Assembly: GCA_963662265.2 (NCBI GenBank)
Contig: CAXXHA010000010.1
Span: forward strand, 256,001 to 320,000
DNA from: Spirochaetia bacterium
Lineage (GTDB): Bacteria; Spirochaetota; Spirochaetia; CADAEX01
DNA: 64,000 bases
Reading direction: 5' to 3'
The translations under genes were made by a program, and so were the position numbers. The notes under the pieces are model-generated. The model had not been told where the DNA came from and did not search any database. It saw only the letters and a program-made list of their open reading frames with translations. This document shows positions 1 through 9,400 of the stretch, one piece after another (position 1 is the stretch's first letter; each line of letters opens with the position of its first letter).

Positions 1-529
1 GCATATCTTTTTCTGAAACAGAATCTTCTTTCTTTTCTGTATCCTTTTTTACAGGAGAATATTTCCATCTGTATTTTTTTTCAGGATCCCAGAACTGGGA
101 GGAGAAAATATGAGTCTTCTCATCCTGGAGAACACGCCTCGCATAGGGGGAAATCCTTTCTCCCTCGCCTCCCGGCCACTTCAGATAATACTTATACAGT
201 GTCCCGTGTTTCATAACGGAACTTTCAAGTTCAAGTTCCCAGTCGCCTCTCCTATTTATCCTGGAAAACCTGTATTTTTCGATCGGCTTCCAGTCAGAGA
301 AATTTCCGATAAGAAAAACTTCTTCAGCATTGGGCGCCCATTCCCTTATGACAGTCTTTTTACCACTCTTATGGACACCGTAGAAAAGATGGGCAGAAGC
401 AAATCCGTGCAGATTTCCGTCCGGAGCAATCCTTTTCTCTGTGTCAAGAAAATTTCCAATCCGGTATTCGATAGAAGACCTGTATGGTTCAAGATACGGG
501 TCTGTAGCAATCAGTTCAAGACTGCCCAT
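1..529 (-). CDS. glgB: 1,4-alpha-glucan branching enzyme, N-terminal part (runs off the window edge)
   Basis: Not in the ORF track. Manual minus-strand translation from ATG 529 (RBS GAGGAG): MGSLELIATDPYLEPY...FASAHLFYGVH...REWAPNAEEVFLIGNFSDW...GERISPYARRVLQD...FWDPEKKYRWK, typical of the GH13_8 branching enzyme N-terminus. Confidence 0.85.
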   Translation of the reverse strand, partial: MGSLELIATDPYLEPYRSSIEYRIGNFLDTEKRIAPDGNLHGFASAHLFYGVHKSGKKTVIREWAPNAEEVFLIGNFSDWKPIEKYRFSRINRRGDWELELESSVMKHGTLYKYYLKWPGGEGERISPYARRVLQDEKTHIFSSQFWDPEKKYRWKYSPVKKDTEKKEDSVSEKDM

Positions 530-615
530 AATATCTCCTCTTACCTGTACAGTAATTACATAGATATGGTTTAAATTTTATCCTGTGTTTTTAATTATAG
601 TCTGTTAAAAAAATA

Positions 616-1260
616 TTACAAATTATTAGAAAAGTATTTTCTTATCTCTTTCATTGAGAAGCCTTTTGAGATGAGTTTTCTGATTATTTTTTCGTCTGTA
701 TTGTTTTTATTTCGCCTGAGTTTTTCGACCTGCCTGGTAACAGCATCTTCGGCTGTTTCTTCGGTAAAAATTTCATTAACAACAGATTCCGCAGTCTCCC
801 TGTCCACTCCGCGTGAAGAAAGCATCCCTTTCAGTATATAGGGACCTGCAGGATTTTTCCTGAGACGTGAACTGACCCATTGATGGGCATATTCCCTGTC
901 ATTTATTAGATTTTTATTCCTGAGATATAAACAGGCAGCTTCCGAAGCTTCCCTGGAGAAACCTCTTTTCAGGAGCTTCATTTTCAGCAGGTATTCTGTC
1001 TGGGGAGAAATTGAGAGCAGGCTGATGGATTTGTTTACCGCACTTCTTTTTTCATCAAGATTTTTTAATTCACTGTACTTGTCGAGAGATATTTCATCGC
1101 CCTCTGTAATTCCGGCCTCATTAAAATCCTCATTCAGTAATAAAAAAGGGGAACTGTATGAGAACTTAATCTCAACTGCAGAACCCCTTTCTGATATATT
1201 CTGAATAAAGAAATTATCGTTTTGAGAACTGGAACTTTCTTCTTGCACCTTTCTGGCCAA
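616..1260 (-). CDS. recX: Regulatory protein RecX
   Basis: LKMKLLKRGF, LINDREYAHQWV, GPYILKGMLSSRGVD and KIIRKLISKGF RecX repeats; start uncertain because it overlaps rpsI. Confidence 0.85.
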   Translation of the reverse strand: MARKVQEESSSSQNDNFFIQNISERGSAVEIKFSYSSPFLLLNEDFNEAGITEGDEISLDKYSELKNLDEKRSAVNKSISLLSISPQTEYLLKMKLLKRGFSREASEAACLYLRNKNLINDREYAHQWVSSRLRKNPAGPYILKGMLSSRGVDRETAESVVNEIFTEETAEDAVTRQVEKLRRNKNNTDEKIIRKLISKGFSMKEIRKYFSNNL

Positions 1261-1606
1261 ATTTCTTTCTTTCCACCATTCTCGGGTCTCTTGTAAGAAA
1301 GCCGTTTGCTCTTAATGTTGAAATATTAGTTTCATCATTGTGAGCAAGAGCTCTTGCAATCCCATGTCTGCAGGCACCAGCCTGTCCAGTAATACCGCCG
1401 CCGACTACATTTATAACAAGATCAAACTTTCCTTCACAGTCAAGTGCTGCAAGAGGCTGTTTGAGAACATAAACATGCTCGGGGTTTACAAAATATTCTT
1501 CTACAGTTTTTCCGTTTACTGTTATAGCTCCGTTACCGCTTCTGAGGTATACACGTGCTACAGCAGTTTTTCTTCGTCCTGTTCCTAAAGCAAGATTTTT
1601 TACCAC
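1214..1606 (-). CDS. rpsI: 30S ribosomal protein S9
   Basis: GTGRRKTAVARV, GGGITGQAGA, RDPRMVERKKFG..GARRKFQFSKR. Confidence 0.99.
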   Translation of the reverse strand: MVKNLALGTGRRKTAVARVYLRSGNGAITVNGKTVEEYFVNPEHVYVLKQPLAALDCEGKFDLVINVVGGGITGQAGACRHGIARALAHNDETNISTLRANGFLTRDPRMVERKKFGQKGARRKFQFSKR

Positions 1607-1622
1607 TTATACACTCCTAATC

Positions 1623-2051
1623 CTATAACTCATACTTTTCAGGGTTCTGAGCTGCATGCGGGTGATCCGCTCCGGCATAAATCTTAACATTTCTGTACAT
1701 TGTGTTGCCGAGAGCTCCCTTGGGAAGCATTCCTCTTACAGCTTTTTCCATTGGGAAAGTAGGTTTTCTTGCGATTACCTTTCTATAGCTTTCCACTTTT
1801 AACCCGCCCGGATAACCGGTGTGTTTGTAGTAAAGTTTCTTGTCTTCTTTACCGCCTGTTACTACTGCTTTTTCCGCATTTACAATAATAACATAATCTC
1901 CTAGCGCCTGATGAGGGACAAAGCATGCTTTGTGCTTGCCTCTTAAAAGGTTTACAGCTTTTACAGCTACCCTGCCGAGTTTCTCGCCCTCAGCATCTAT
2001 AATAAACCATTTTCTTTCAACATCTTTCGGCTTTACGAAAATTGTTTTCAT
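1623..2051 (-). CDS. rplM: 50S ribosomal protein L13
   Basis: WFIIDAEG..LGR, GDYVIIVNAEK, YYKHTGYPGGLK, AVRGMLPK, HPHAAQNP. Confidence 0.99.
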   Translation of the reverse strand: MKTIFVKPKDVERKWFIIDAEGEKLGRVAVKAVNLLRGKHKACFVPHQALGDYVIIVNAEKAVVTGGKEDKKLYYKHTGYPGGLKVESYRKVIARKPTFPMEKAVRGMLPKGALGNTMYRNVKIYAGADHPHAAQNPEKYEL

Positions 2052-2180
2052 AAAAATCAGCCCTTGTATTCAAATTTATTTTTTCAGGTTCGGTTATTGC
2101 ACAGCTAAGCTGAGTGTAACGGGTCGCAGAGCTCTGGAAAAATACCTGCACCTGATATATAGCACTTATACAGTACTAAA

Positions 2181-2208
2181 AGTTTATTAAAATATCCTCT
2201 TTAGTCAA
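2181..2208 (-). promoter_or_regulatory. sigma70-type promoter of rplM-rpsI-recX
   Basis: TTGACT (2208-2203), 16 bp spacer, TAAACT (2186-2181) on the minus strand. Confidence 0.55.
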
Positions 2209-2389
2209 GAGGCGGAGTATTGAATTTGCTTGATTAAAACGTTTCTTTACAGGTAAAATAACCTGATTTAAGGATATAGATAATTATTGATAATTAAAAT
2301 ATATAATCGATAACATTATTTAATTAAAACAATAAAGAAGTCCTTAAAGCCCATAATAATTTAATCTTTCTCTGCAAAGGAGATATTAC

Positions 2390-2833
2390 GTGGATATTGA
2401 TTTCAGAGCCATAAAAAGGCAGGATATTGAAGAACTTGTAAAAATATGTTCAGGAATCGGCGGATACAACATCAGATATGAGCACATGTCGGAACGGGTC
2501 AGAGATGTGATGAAATCCCATCAGGGAACTGTTATTGTTGCAGTTGATAATTCAAACTCAGTTATAGGATGGATTCAGCTGGAAATATGTTCTTCCATTC
2601 TCCAGGATAAATGCTGCAATATCACAGGTGTCTATGTAATTCCAAACTACAGGGGAAGAAAAATAGGTAAAATGCTTATTGAGAAAGGAAAGGAATGGAG
2701 CCAGGAGCAGGACTGCTCAAGCCTTACCATATTATCAGAACACAATAGAATTGATTCCCATAATTTTTACAAGCATCTCGGATTCAAACACCTGAAAACC
2801 GAAGAAAGTTTTCATATGGAAATAGAAGAATAA
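2390..2833 (+). CDS. GNAT family N-acetyltransferase
   Basis: Acetyl-CoA motif VYVIPNYRGRKIGKMLI, and FYKHLGF; RBS AAGGAG before GTG. Confidence 0.9.
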   Translation: MDIDFRAIKRQDIEELVKICSGIGGYNIRYEHMSERVRDVMKSHQGTVIVAVDNSNSVIGWIQLEICSSILQDKCCNITGVYVIPNYRGRKIGKMLIEKGKEWSQEQDCSSLTILSEHNRIDSHNFYKHLGFKHLKTEESFHMEIEE

Positions 2834-2861
2834 TTTTTATAAAAACTGACAATAAAATACG

Positions 2862-2897
2862 GCCCGGAATTGTATATCAGCAATCCGGGCTTTTTTT
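2862..2897 (+). terminator. Rho-independent terminator
   Basis: GCCCGGA-ATTG...CAAT-CCGGGC stem followed by T7, between convergent genes. Confidence 0.75.
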
Positions 2898-3192
2898 ATC
2901 TCCGGAGGTTTTTTACAGCCTTGATAATCAAGGCAATCAGAAGCATGAGAACAGGAAATATTTCAGAAACAACAGAAAGAATATCAATTTCCCTGTAGAT
3001 AAGAAGTCCAGGCAGAATAATACCGAAAAAGATCAGGGTTCTGTATACCACTGATACATAGAAAGCAATAACCGAAAGAATAATGAAAATCCAGCAGCTG
3101 TCTCTAGCCCTGGTCCATATAATAATTGCTGTAAATACAGCGGCAGCCCAGAATATATTATTCAGAAGCATTGACACCATATGTGTACTCAT
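2896..3192 (-). CDS. Small hypothetical membrane protein (about 3 TM helices)
   Basis: Three hydrophobic stretches; start overlaps the upstream stop codon (TAATG). Confidence 0.7.
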   Translation of the reverse strand: MSTHMVSMLLNNIFWAAAVFTAIIIWTRARDSCWIFIILSVIAFYVSVVYRTLIFFGIILPGLLIYREIDILSVVSEIFPVLMLLIALIIKAVKNLRR

Positions 3193-4001
3193 TATTTAAT
3201 CTCTCCCGATATTTTATTGACCGTAATCATGAAATTTTCCATCTCTCCTCTGGAAATCTCTCCGGGGAGAACAGAAGGAACACTGTAAACAGGGGAAAGA
3301 AGATATCCCCGTTCAAGAAAAGCTTTAAAAACCTTTTCATGATTTTTTTCATCATAACATGGAATCAGATATGCCCCTTTCCTTTCCCAGAGTTTTTTTA
3401 TTTCTTCTGCCTCAGCATCCCATATTTCATACAGATTGCTTTTCAAAGATTCAATCAGTTTATAAATTACATTAATAAAAGGGGCTAGAAGTACAGGAGA
3501 GACAGAATCACCTGAAGGGAATTCAGGCAGCTGTTTGAGGCTTAATACAAGAGCAGGTGAAAAACTTCCCGACATGGGAATAACAGGTATTACATATCTG
3601 TATTTTTCAAGAAGATCAGAAATAGAATAACCGGAAAAGGGATGCCAGAAAACAGTATCTGCTGAAGGATTTTCAGGTACAGGGAAAAAACAAGGTTCTT
3701 CCCTGCCGAGTCCCGCAAAAAGTGTTCTGTAGTCAGTAAAAACAGAAAAAAAGACAGAGTCCCCTGCAAAGGCCTTAACCGCGTTTTTCAAACGGATATC
3801 ATACCTGGTTCTGCAGGAAAAAAAGACACCCTTATCCACTGCCTGTTTCATGGAAAGGGAAGTGCCGGAAACACGGTGCCCCAGAACAGCTTTCCCGCTG
3901 TCCTGATAAAAATCTATAATTCTTTTTCCATTATTACAATATAATCTGTAACCGCGAGCACGGCTTATTTCAGGAAGCTGTTCCAGTAAACCTCTGTTCA
4001 T
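3192..4001 (-). CDS. PLP-dependent aminotransferase-like protein (divergent, shortened)
   Basis: N-terminal RARGYRLY..NGKRIIDFYQDSGKAVLGH resembles the class III aminotransferase N-terminus; C-terminal small domain FLERGYLLSP. Confidence 0.6.
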   Translation of the reverse strand: MNRGLLEQLPEISRARGYRLYCNNGKRIIDFYQDSGKAVLGHRVSGTSLSMKQAVDKGVFFSCRTRYDIRLKNAVKAFAGDSVFFSVFTDYRTLFAGLGREEPCFFPVPENPSADTVFWHPFSGYSISDLLEKYRYVIPVIPMSGSFSPALVLSLKQLPEFPSGDSVSPVLLAPFINVIYKLIESLKSNLYEIWDAEAEEIKKLWERKGAYLIPCYDEKNHEKVFKAFLERGYLLSPVYSVPSVLPGEISRGEMENFMITVNKISGEIK

Positions 4002-4080
4002 AATCCGATATTATCAGTTATATACAGTTTTTACCACAGAAATCAGAGTTTCAGGTAACTGTTTTATGACTGAATTGATT

Positions 4081-4440
4081 TCAGCAGGCTTTTATAGCCA
4101 GGTATTGGTAAACTTTATCAAGTTTTCTCTTTATCAGAACAAATACGACTTCCGGAAGTCCTGCATCTCTGACCTTGTCTTCAAAAAACTTATAGACATC
4201 TTTGACAAGGTCATCCAGGGAATCATATTTATCTATAAGATTGTCAATTTCATTTTCCATTTCCCTGATTCCGAGAAGTTCTGATTTAAATGTGGAGAGA
4301 TTTTCCAAGAAAACATAATCAGTAATTTTATGCTCATCATGTTTCTGCCGGAGCAATTCCTCACTGAATGAAATATCATTTTCCAGATCTTCAAGTTCAA
4401 TTTTCAGGATTTTCAGATATCTTTCAATTTTATGCTTCAT
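4081..4440 (-). CDS. Hypothetical helical/coiled-coil protein
   Basis: ATG 4440 preceded by GGAGG; acidic amphipathic helices; ORF track start is 4467. Confidence 0.7.
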   Translation of the reverse strand: MKHKIERYLKILKIELEDLENDISFSEELLRQKHDEHKITDYVFLENLSTFKSELLGIREMENEIDNLIDKYDSLDDLVKDVYKFFEDKVRDAGLPEVVFVLIKRKLDKVYQYLAIKAC

Positions 4441-4677
4441 TGCAACCTCCATAATGCTTTCGAGCACTTTCCTCCGGAAAGTCTCTGCCGCTAATGATAA
4501 AAACAGGTTTTTATCATTTCTCTATATATAAATATAGGGCGTTACTTACTATATATGCAAATTTTTTATTCCTGTTATTAAATTTCAAAAGCGGCATGCC
4601 TTCATGGCAGCTTTTCATATTTTTAGAGTATGGATTTGAAGATTATTTTCCTGAAGGTTTGGAAGATAAAAAAGCAA

Positions 4678-6789
4678 TTACCAGTCTGTATCGGCAAGTT
4701 TTTCAAGTCGGCAGTATTTTTCAAGAAAAACAGCATTCCGGCCTGTCTCAAAAACCACCTTTATACAGTTTTCACCGTTTTTTGGTTCAATGCTCATTAC
4801 AACGCCGCTTCCGTAATCATCATGATAAACCCTGTCTCCCCGGGAGTAGGATTCAGATATTGAGGAACTGGAAAATCCGGATGATTCATAAAGTTCTGAA
4901 GGGATTTCAGAGAGAAACCTTGACGGGGAGAAGAAATTTATCTTACCCCATATAAGGCGGCTTCTGCAGGAGGTTATATAAAGCTCTTTTCTCGCCCTTG
5001 TAATACTGACATAGAAGATCCGTCTCTCCTCTTCAATAAGATCTTCAGATTCCATGCTTCTGAACCCGGGGAAAAGCCCCTCTTCCATACCGGTTATTAT
5101 TACCCTGTCAAACTCAAGCCCCTTGGTGTTGTGCATTGTTATAAGGGTAACACCTTCATCTTCCTGATTTTCACCTGATGCAAGAGTTGTTCTGTCAAGT
5201 TCAATTTCTTCAAGAAGATTATTCAACCCATCCATGCTGTAGCTGTATTCGGAAGAGTGGTTAACAAGAGCTTCAATATTCTGGACTTTCTGTGTATCTG
5301 AATTCCTGTCAGTTTCCCTGTAATGGTCTGCAAAACCTGACCTTACAGCAACTTTCTTGATAAAGTCGGAAAGGTTTTCCTTTTCATCATCAAATCTCAT
5401 TTCCTCATTCAGATCAGAGATAATCTGAGAAAAGACCTCCATCCCTTTTGCAGCTTTTCCTTTAAGCGAAGGATAAAGAGCGCCTACAGCTTTGAACAGG
5501 TCGCCTCCTGTTTCAAGAGAAGCATTAATTATCTTTTCCTGGCTGCTCTTTCCTATCCCTCTTGAAGGCTTGTTTATTATCCTCTTGAAAGAGACAATAT
5601 CTTTTGTATTAAGAAGAAATGAAAGATATGCCAGAATATCCTTGATCTCCTCCCTGTCGTAGAATTTCAGAGCACCCACAATCCTGTAGGGAATTCCAAG
5701 CCTCGGGAAAAGAGATTCAAACGCAAGAGACTGGGCATTTGTCCTGTAAAGAACAGCAGTTCTGTTCAGATTGCTTTTATCCAGAAGAGTCGCACAGTAT
5801 GATGCCTCCTCATTCTGGGAATTAAAAACAGAAATTACTGTTTTTGCCCCTCCCTTCTTTCTGGTCCAGAGGGTCTTGCCAAGTCTTCCTGTATTGTTGC
5901 TGACAACAGCAGATGCTATATCAAGTATATTTTCTGTCGAGCGGTAGTTTTCTTCAAGCTTTATAATTTTCGTGTTTTTGAACGAATCTGGAAAGGTGAG
6001 TATGTTTTTCACCTCAGCACCCCTGAACCGGTATATTGACTGGTCATCATCACCAACAACAGTAAGGTTCTTCCCCTCTCCGCAGAGCTCTTTAAGCATT
6101 TCAAACTGGGCTACATTGGAATCCTGGTACTCATCGACAAGCACATACTTAAACCGCTGTCTCATTCTTTCCCTGATCTCGGGATGATTTTTAAACAGGA
6201 GATATGGTTTCAATATAAGGTCCCCGAAATCAACATTTCCTATTTTATCAAGCTCTGTCTGATACTTCTGGTACATATCAGGGAAATCAGGATCAAATGA
6301 TATGGCTGAAAGATCATCCCCCGGAAGCAGGGCATAATCCTTTGCCCTGCTTATCATGGAGGCATAGGGTTTCAGTTCTTTCTTTGTCCTTGTGCTGTAA
6401 AGCCCCTGAAGAAGTGTGAGTACATCCTCGTCATCGTAAATAGTAAAATTAGGTTCAAGACCTGCATAGTAACTGTTTCGCCTGAGAACCCATGCACCGA
6501 ATGAATGGAAAGTTCTTATCATCGGGGGATAGTCAGGTTCTGTGTCTGAATAACTGTGAAGCAGCGCAGAAACTCTTTCATTCATCTCCCTGGCAGCCTT
6601 GTTTGTAAATGTTACAGCAAGAATTGATGATGGGTGGACATTCTGTATATCCATCATATATGCGATTTTTGAAGTTATTACCCTGGTTTTTCCGGATCCT
6701 GCTCCGGCAAGTATAAGCAGGGGTGTATTCATGTGAACAGCAGCATCATACTGCATATCATTAAGTTCTTTAAGATATCCGGGAATCAT
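4678..6789 (-). CDS. pcrA: ATP-dependent DNA helicase PcrA/UvrD
   Basis: LAGAGSGKTRV, TFTNKAAREM, VDEYQD, GDDDQSIYRFRGA, LEENYRST, TMHNTKGLEF, EERRIFYVSITRA, C-terminal Tudor-like domain. Confidence 0.95.
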   Translation of the reverse strand: MIPGYLKELNDMQYDAAVHMNTPLLILAGAGSGKTRVITSKIAYMMDIQNVHPSSILAVTFTNKAAREMNERVSALLHSYSDTEPDYPPMIRTFHSFGAWVLRRNSYYAGLEPNFTIYDDEDVLTLLQGLYSTRTKKELKPYASMISRAKDYALLPGDDLSAISFDPDFPDMYQKYQTELDKIGNVDFGDLILKPYLLFKNHPEIRERMRQRFKYVLVDEYQDSNVAQFEMLKELCGEGKNLTVVGDDDQSIYRFRGAEVKNILTFPDSFKNTKIIKLEENYRSTENILDIASAVVSNNTGRLGKTLWTRKKGGAKTVISVFNSQNEEASYCATLLDKSNLNRTAVLYRTNAQSLAFESLFPRLGIPYRIVGALKFYDREEIKDILAYLSFLLNTKDIVSFKRIINKPSRGIGKSSQEKIINASLETGGDLFKAVGALYPSLKGKAAKGMEVFSQIISDLNEEMRFDDEKENLSDFIKKVAVRSGFADHYRETDRNSDTQKVQNIEALVNHSSEYSYSMDGLNNLLEEIELDRTTLASGENQEDEGVTLITMHNTKGLEFDRVIITGMEEGLFPGFRSMESEDLIEEERRIFYVSITRARKELYITSCRSRLIWGKINFFSPSRFLSEIPSELYESSGFSSSSISESYSRGDRVYHDDYGSGVVMSIEPKNGENCIKVVFETGRNAVFLEKYCRLEKLADTDW

Positions 6790-6797
6790 ATCCTGTA

Positions 6798-8138
6798 TCA
6801 GTCCTGCACAACTGCTTCGAGATCAACACTGTTTACTTTGACTATTCTGCATTCAACAACCTGTCCCGGAAGGAATACAGTCCCGCCTGAATGAAGCACG
6901 ACAAGGCCGTCAATATCAGGGGCATTCATATAACCTCTGCAGAGGAATAACTCCTCACCTTCCACAGCTTCCTCGACAATCACTTTTATATTTTTCCCAA
7001 CAAAGCGGGAGAGTCTTTTTTCAGAAATCGAATGCTGAAGTTTTTCCAGATCTTTTTTCTTTTTTTCAGCCCTTTTTACAGAAAGATACCGCCCTAATGG
7101 GTTGCTGAAATTGTATGCGGCAGTGCCCTCTTCCCTTGAATAAACAAAAAAACCTGCCCAGTCAATTTCAGCCTCTTTTATGAATTTTTCGAGAATATCA
7201 AGATCTTTTCCCGTCTCGCCCGGAAAACCTAGAAGAAAGGTAGACCTGATAACAGCATTATCAAGCTTCTCCCTTATTCCGGCTATAGTCTCCAGGTATG
7301 AAGCGCTGTTCCCGGTCCTTCCCATTTTCCTCAGGATTTTTTCAGAAGCATGCTGGAAAGGGATATCAAAATAGGGAACAATCCGGGGCTCCTTCCTGCA
7401 GATATCCGCAACCCGGATATCGAACCGGTCCGGGTGCATATAGAGGAGCCTTATCCAGAAATCACCTTCAATTTCTGATATTTCCTCAAGAAGGGGAATC
7501 AGCTCGCTTTTTCCGCTGTCTGAACCGAATGAGGCAAGATCCTGAGCAATAAGATTTATTTCAAAAAACCCTTCACTGAGAAGAGTCTTAATCTCATTCA
7601 GCACCTTGTCTTTTTTCCGGCTCTTGAGAGGCCCTTTTATCAGCGGAATGGCACAGTATGAACAGTTGTTGTTGCACCCTTCAGCAATTTTCACATAAGT
7701 GCTGCCTGCAAAAGAGAGAAATTCTGTCCTGTTGTCTGCTTCCGGAAGTTCCCTGTCCAGAGAGCTGTCAGCTTCCTCGGGAAAAAAAACCTTCCCCCCT
7801 TTTTCAAAAAAATCAACAGCATCTGTCACTGCTTCAGGATTCCTGTTCCCGAAAATACCGTCAAGCTCTGAGAAACTGTCTGCAAAAGTTTCTCCATACC
7901 TCTGGGCAAGGCATCCTGCCATTATTATCTTCTTATCAGGATAATTTTTTTTAAAGTCGAGAGTTGTGCTTATTGATTCTTCTTTGGCTGGTTTTATGAA
8001 ACCGCAGGTATTTACGATTATTATATCTGATTCTTCGACAGAGCAGTATTCCCACCCTTTTTTCTTCAGGGAGGTAATAATCTGCTCAGCATCAACCTGG
8101 TTTTTGGCACATCCAAGGTTTTCCAAATAAAATTTCAT
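6798..8138 (-). CDS. rimO: Ribosomal protein S12 methylthiotransferase RimO
   Basis: LGCAKNQVDAE, NTCGFI..AKEESI, GCLAQRY, EGCNNNCSYCAIP, APDIDG TRAM domain. Confidence 0.95.
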   Translation of the reverse strand: MKFYLENLGCAKNQVDAEQIITSLKKKGWEYCSVEESDIIIVNTCGFIKPAKEESISTTLDFKKNYPDKKIIMAGCLAQRYGETFADSFSELDGIFGNRNPEAVTDAVDFFEKGGKVFFPEEADSSLDRELPEADNRTEFLSFAGSTYVKIAEGCNNNCSYCAIPLIKGPLKSRKKDKVLNEIKTLLSEGFFEINLIAQDLASFGSDSGKSELIPLLEEISEIEGDFWIRLLYMHPDRFDIRVADICRKEPRIVPYFDIPFQHASEKILRKMGRTGNSASYLETIAGIREKLDNAVIRSTFLLGFPGETGKDLDILEKFIKEAEIDWAGFFVYSREEGTAAYNFSNPLGRYLSVKRAEKKKKDLEKLQHSISEKRLSRFVGKNIKVIVEEAVEGEELFLCRGYMNAPDIDGLVVLHSGGTVFLPGQVVECRIVKVNSVDLEAVVQD

Positions 8139-8139
8139 A

Positions 8140-9294
8140 TTAATACATCGGGACAGAAATTATTGAATTGCTTCCGTCTGAAGCACTGTCCCATTTTATA
8201 TATTTTGCAGCTACCTGGCCGCTGCTTCCTGCAGAATATTCCTGCCCGTTGATATTTATCAGGGCTGATCCCGCATTGGAAAGCCAGAGCCTTACTGATT
8301 CATTCACATCAAGCCGGAAGGTCTCCCCTTTATGGAAATATCTTTCATCCCTCTGGTTTTCATCCACAAGATACCTCATCAGGCAGTATCCCCTGAAAAC
8401 AATGCTCAGGGTAAAAGGCTCAGCCTTTTCTGCTGACAGTATTTTTTCAGTTTTCTGTTTTCTTGAATCGTGATTTGAGGAACCGTTGGGAGTACTCACT
8501 TCAGATGCAATTCTGGATACTTCGGAAAGCTCCTCAGAGCTGTTGATTTCTGAAGCTGCTATAGATGGAGCTTCTGTCGACCGGTCAAACTTGATGACAG
8601 CCCCTTTCCCCTTTTTATCTATATCTCTGATTATGATTCTTATATCAGTTTTATTATCGCCGGTCAGATCAAAAAGAGAATCATTGCCTGCAGCAAGCTC
8701 GGCTACCTTGTCTGGAAGACCAAGCTTTACAACACTTCCTATTGAAGAACAGACAACATTGTAAAATTTTCCGTCAAGCGCAATTTTTATAACATCGCCT
8801 TCTTCAAAACGTCTTTCAATGAAAGCGTCCGACATAGTATATTCACTTCCTGACACAGGAGTATTTTTTTCAGAAATTTTCACATCTTTTTCTTCTGAAC
8901 TGCCTGCCTCAACCATTTCCACGCTTTTTTCACCATCATTGCCAAGGAGAAGGAACCCTGCAGCTCCGGCTGCAACTGCCAGCACAGCAATCAGAACAAT
9001 AAGAACAGGCGCAGACAACCCTTTTTTCGCAGGTATAAGCTCTTCAGGTACAGGCTGCTCCTGTATTTTTGTGTTTTTATATATTGAAACAATTTCTTCA
9101 GGATCAATATCCAGGTATTCCGCATAAGATCTCAGGAAACCTATAAGATAGGCTTCGCCGGGCATTTCAGAAAAGTTTTCATTCTCAATTGCATCAATGT
9201 ATTTTTTTGAAATATTTGTATCCCTTGCAATCTGTTCAACAAATAATCCTTTTTCTTCTCTTCTTTTTTTAAATTTTTCACCAATTGATTCCAT
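8140..9294 (-). CDS. rodZ: RodZ-like HTH membrane protein (DUF4115)
   Basis: N-terminal HTH (GFLRSYAEYL), single TM helix, C-terminal LSNAGSALININGQ; lolA-rodZ-rimO synteny. Confidence 0.8.
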   Translation of the reverse strand: MESIGEKFKKRREEKGLFVEQIARDTNISKKYIDAIENENFSEMPGEAYLIGFLRSYAEYLDIDPEEIVSIYKNTKIQEQPVPEELIPAKKGLSAPVLIVLIAVLAVAAGAAGFLLLGNDGEKSVEMVEAGSSEEKDVKISEKNTPVSGSEYTMSDAFIERRFEEGDVIKIALDGKFYNVVCSSIGSVVKLGLPDKVAELAAGNDSLFDLTGDNKTDIRIIIRDIDKKGKGAVIKFDRSTEAPSIAASEINSSEELSEVSRIASEVSTPNGSSNHDSRKQKTEKILSAEKAEPFTLSIVFRGYCLMRYLVDENQRDERYFHKGETFRLDVNESVRLWLSNAGSALININGQEYSAGSSGQVAAKYIKWDSASDGSNSIISVPMY

Positions 9295-9400
9295 AGTCTT
9301 TCCTGTTGTAAATATTTTTCAATTTAGTCCTGTTATTCGCAGGCGGGCCTAATACCCTAAAGAGCAAAATCTATCCCGCTGAAATCAGCAGGGTTATAGA

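Noticed and set aside
110-574. 154-aa + strand ORF
   Set aside because: Antisense shadow of the glgB 5' end, which has an RBS and recognisable motifs.
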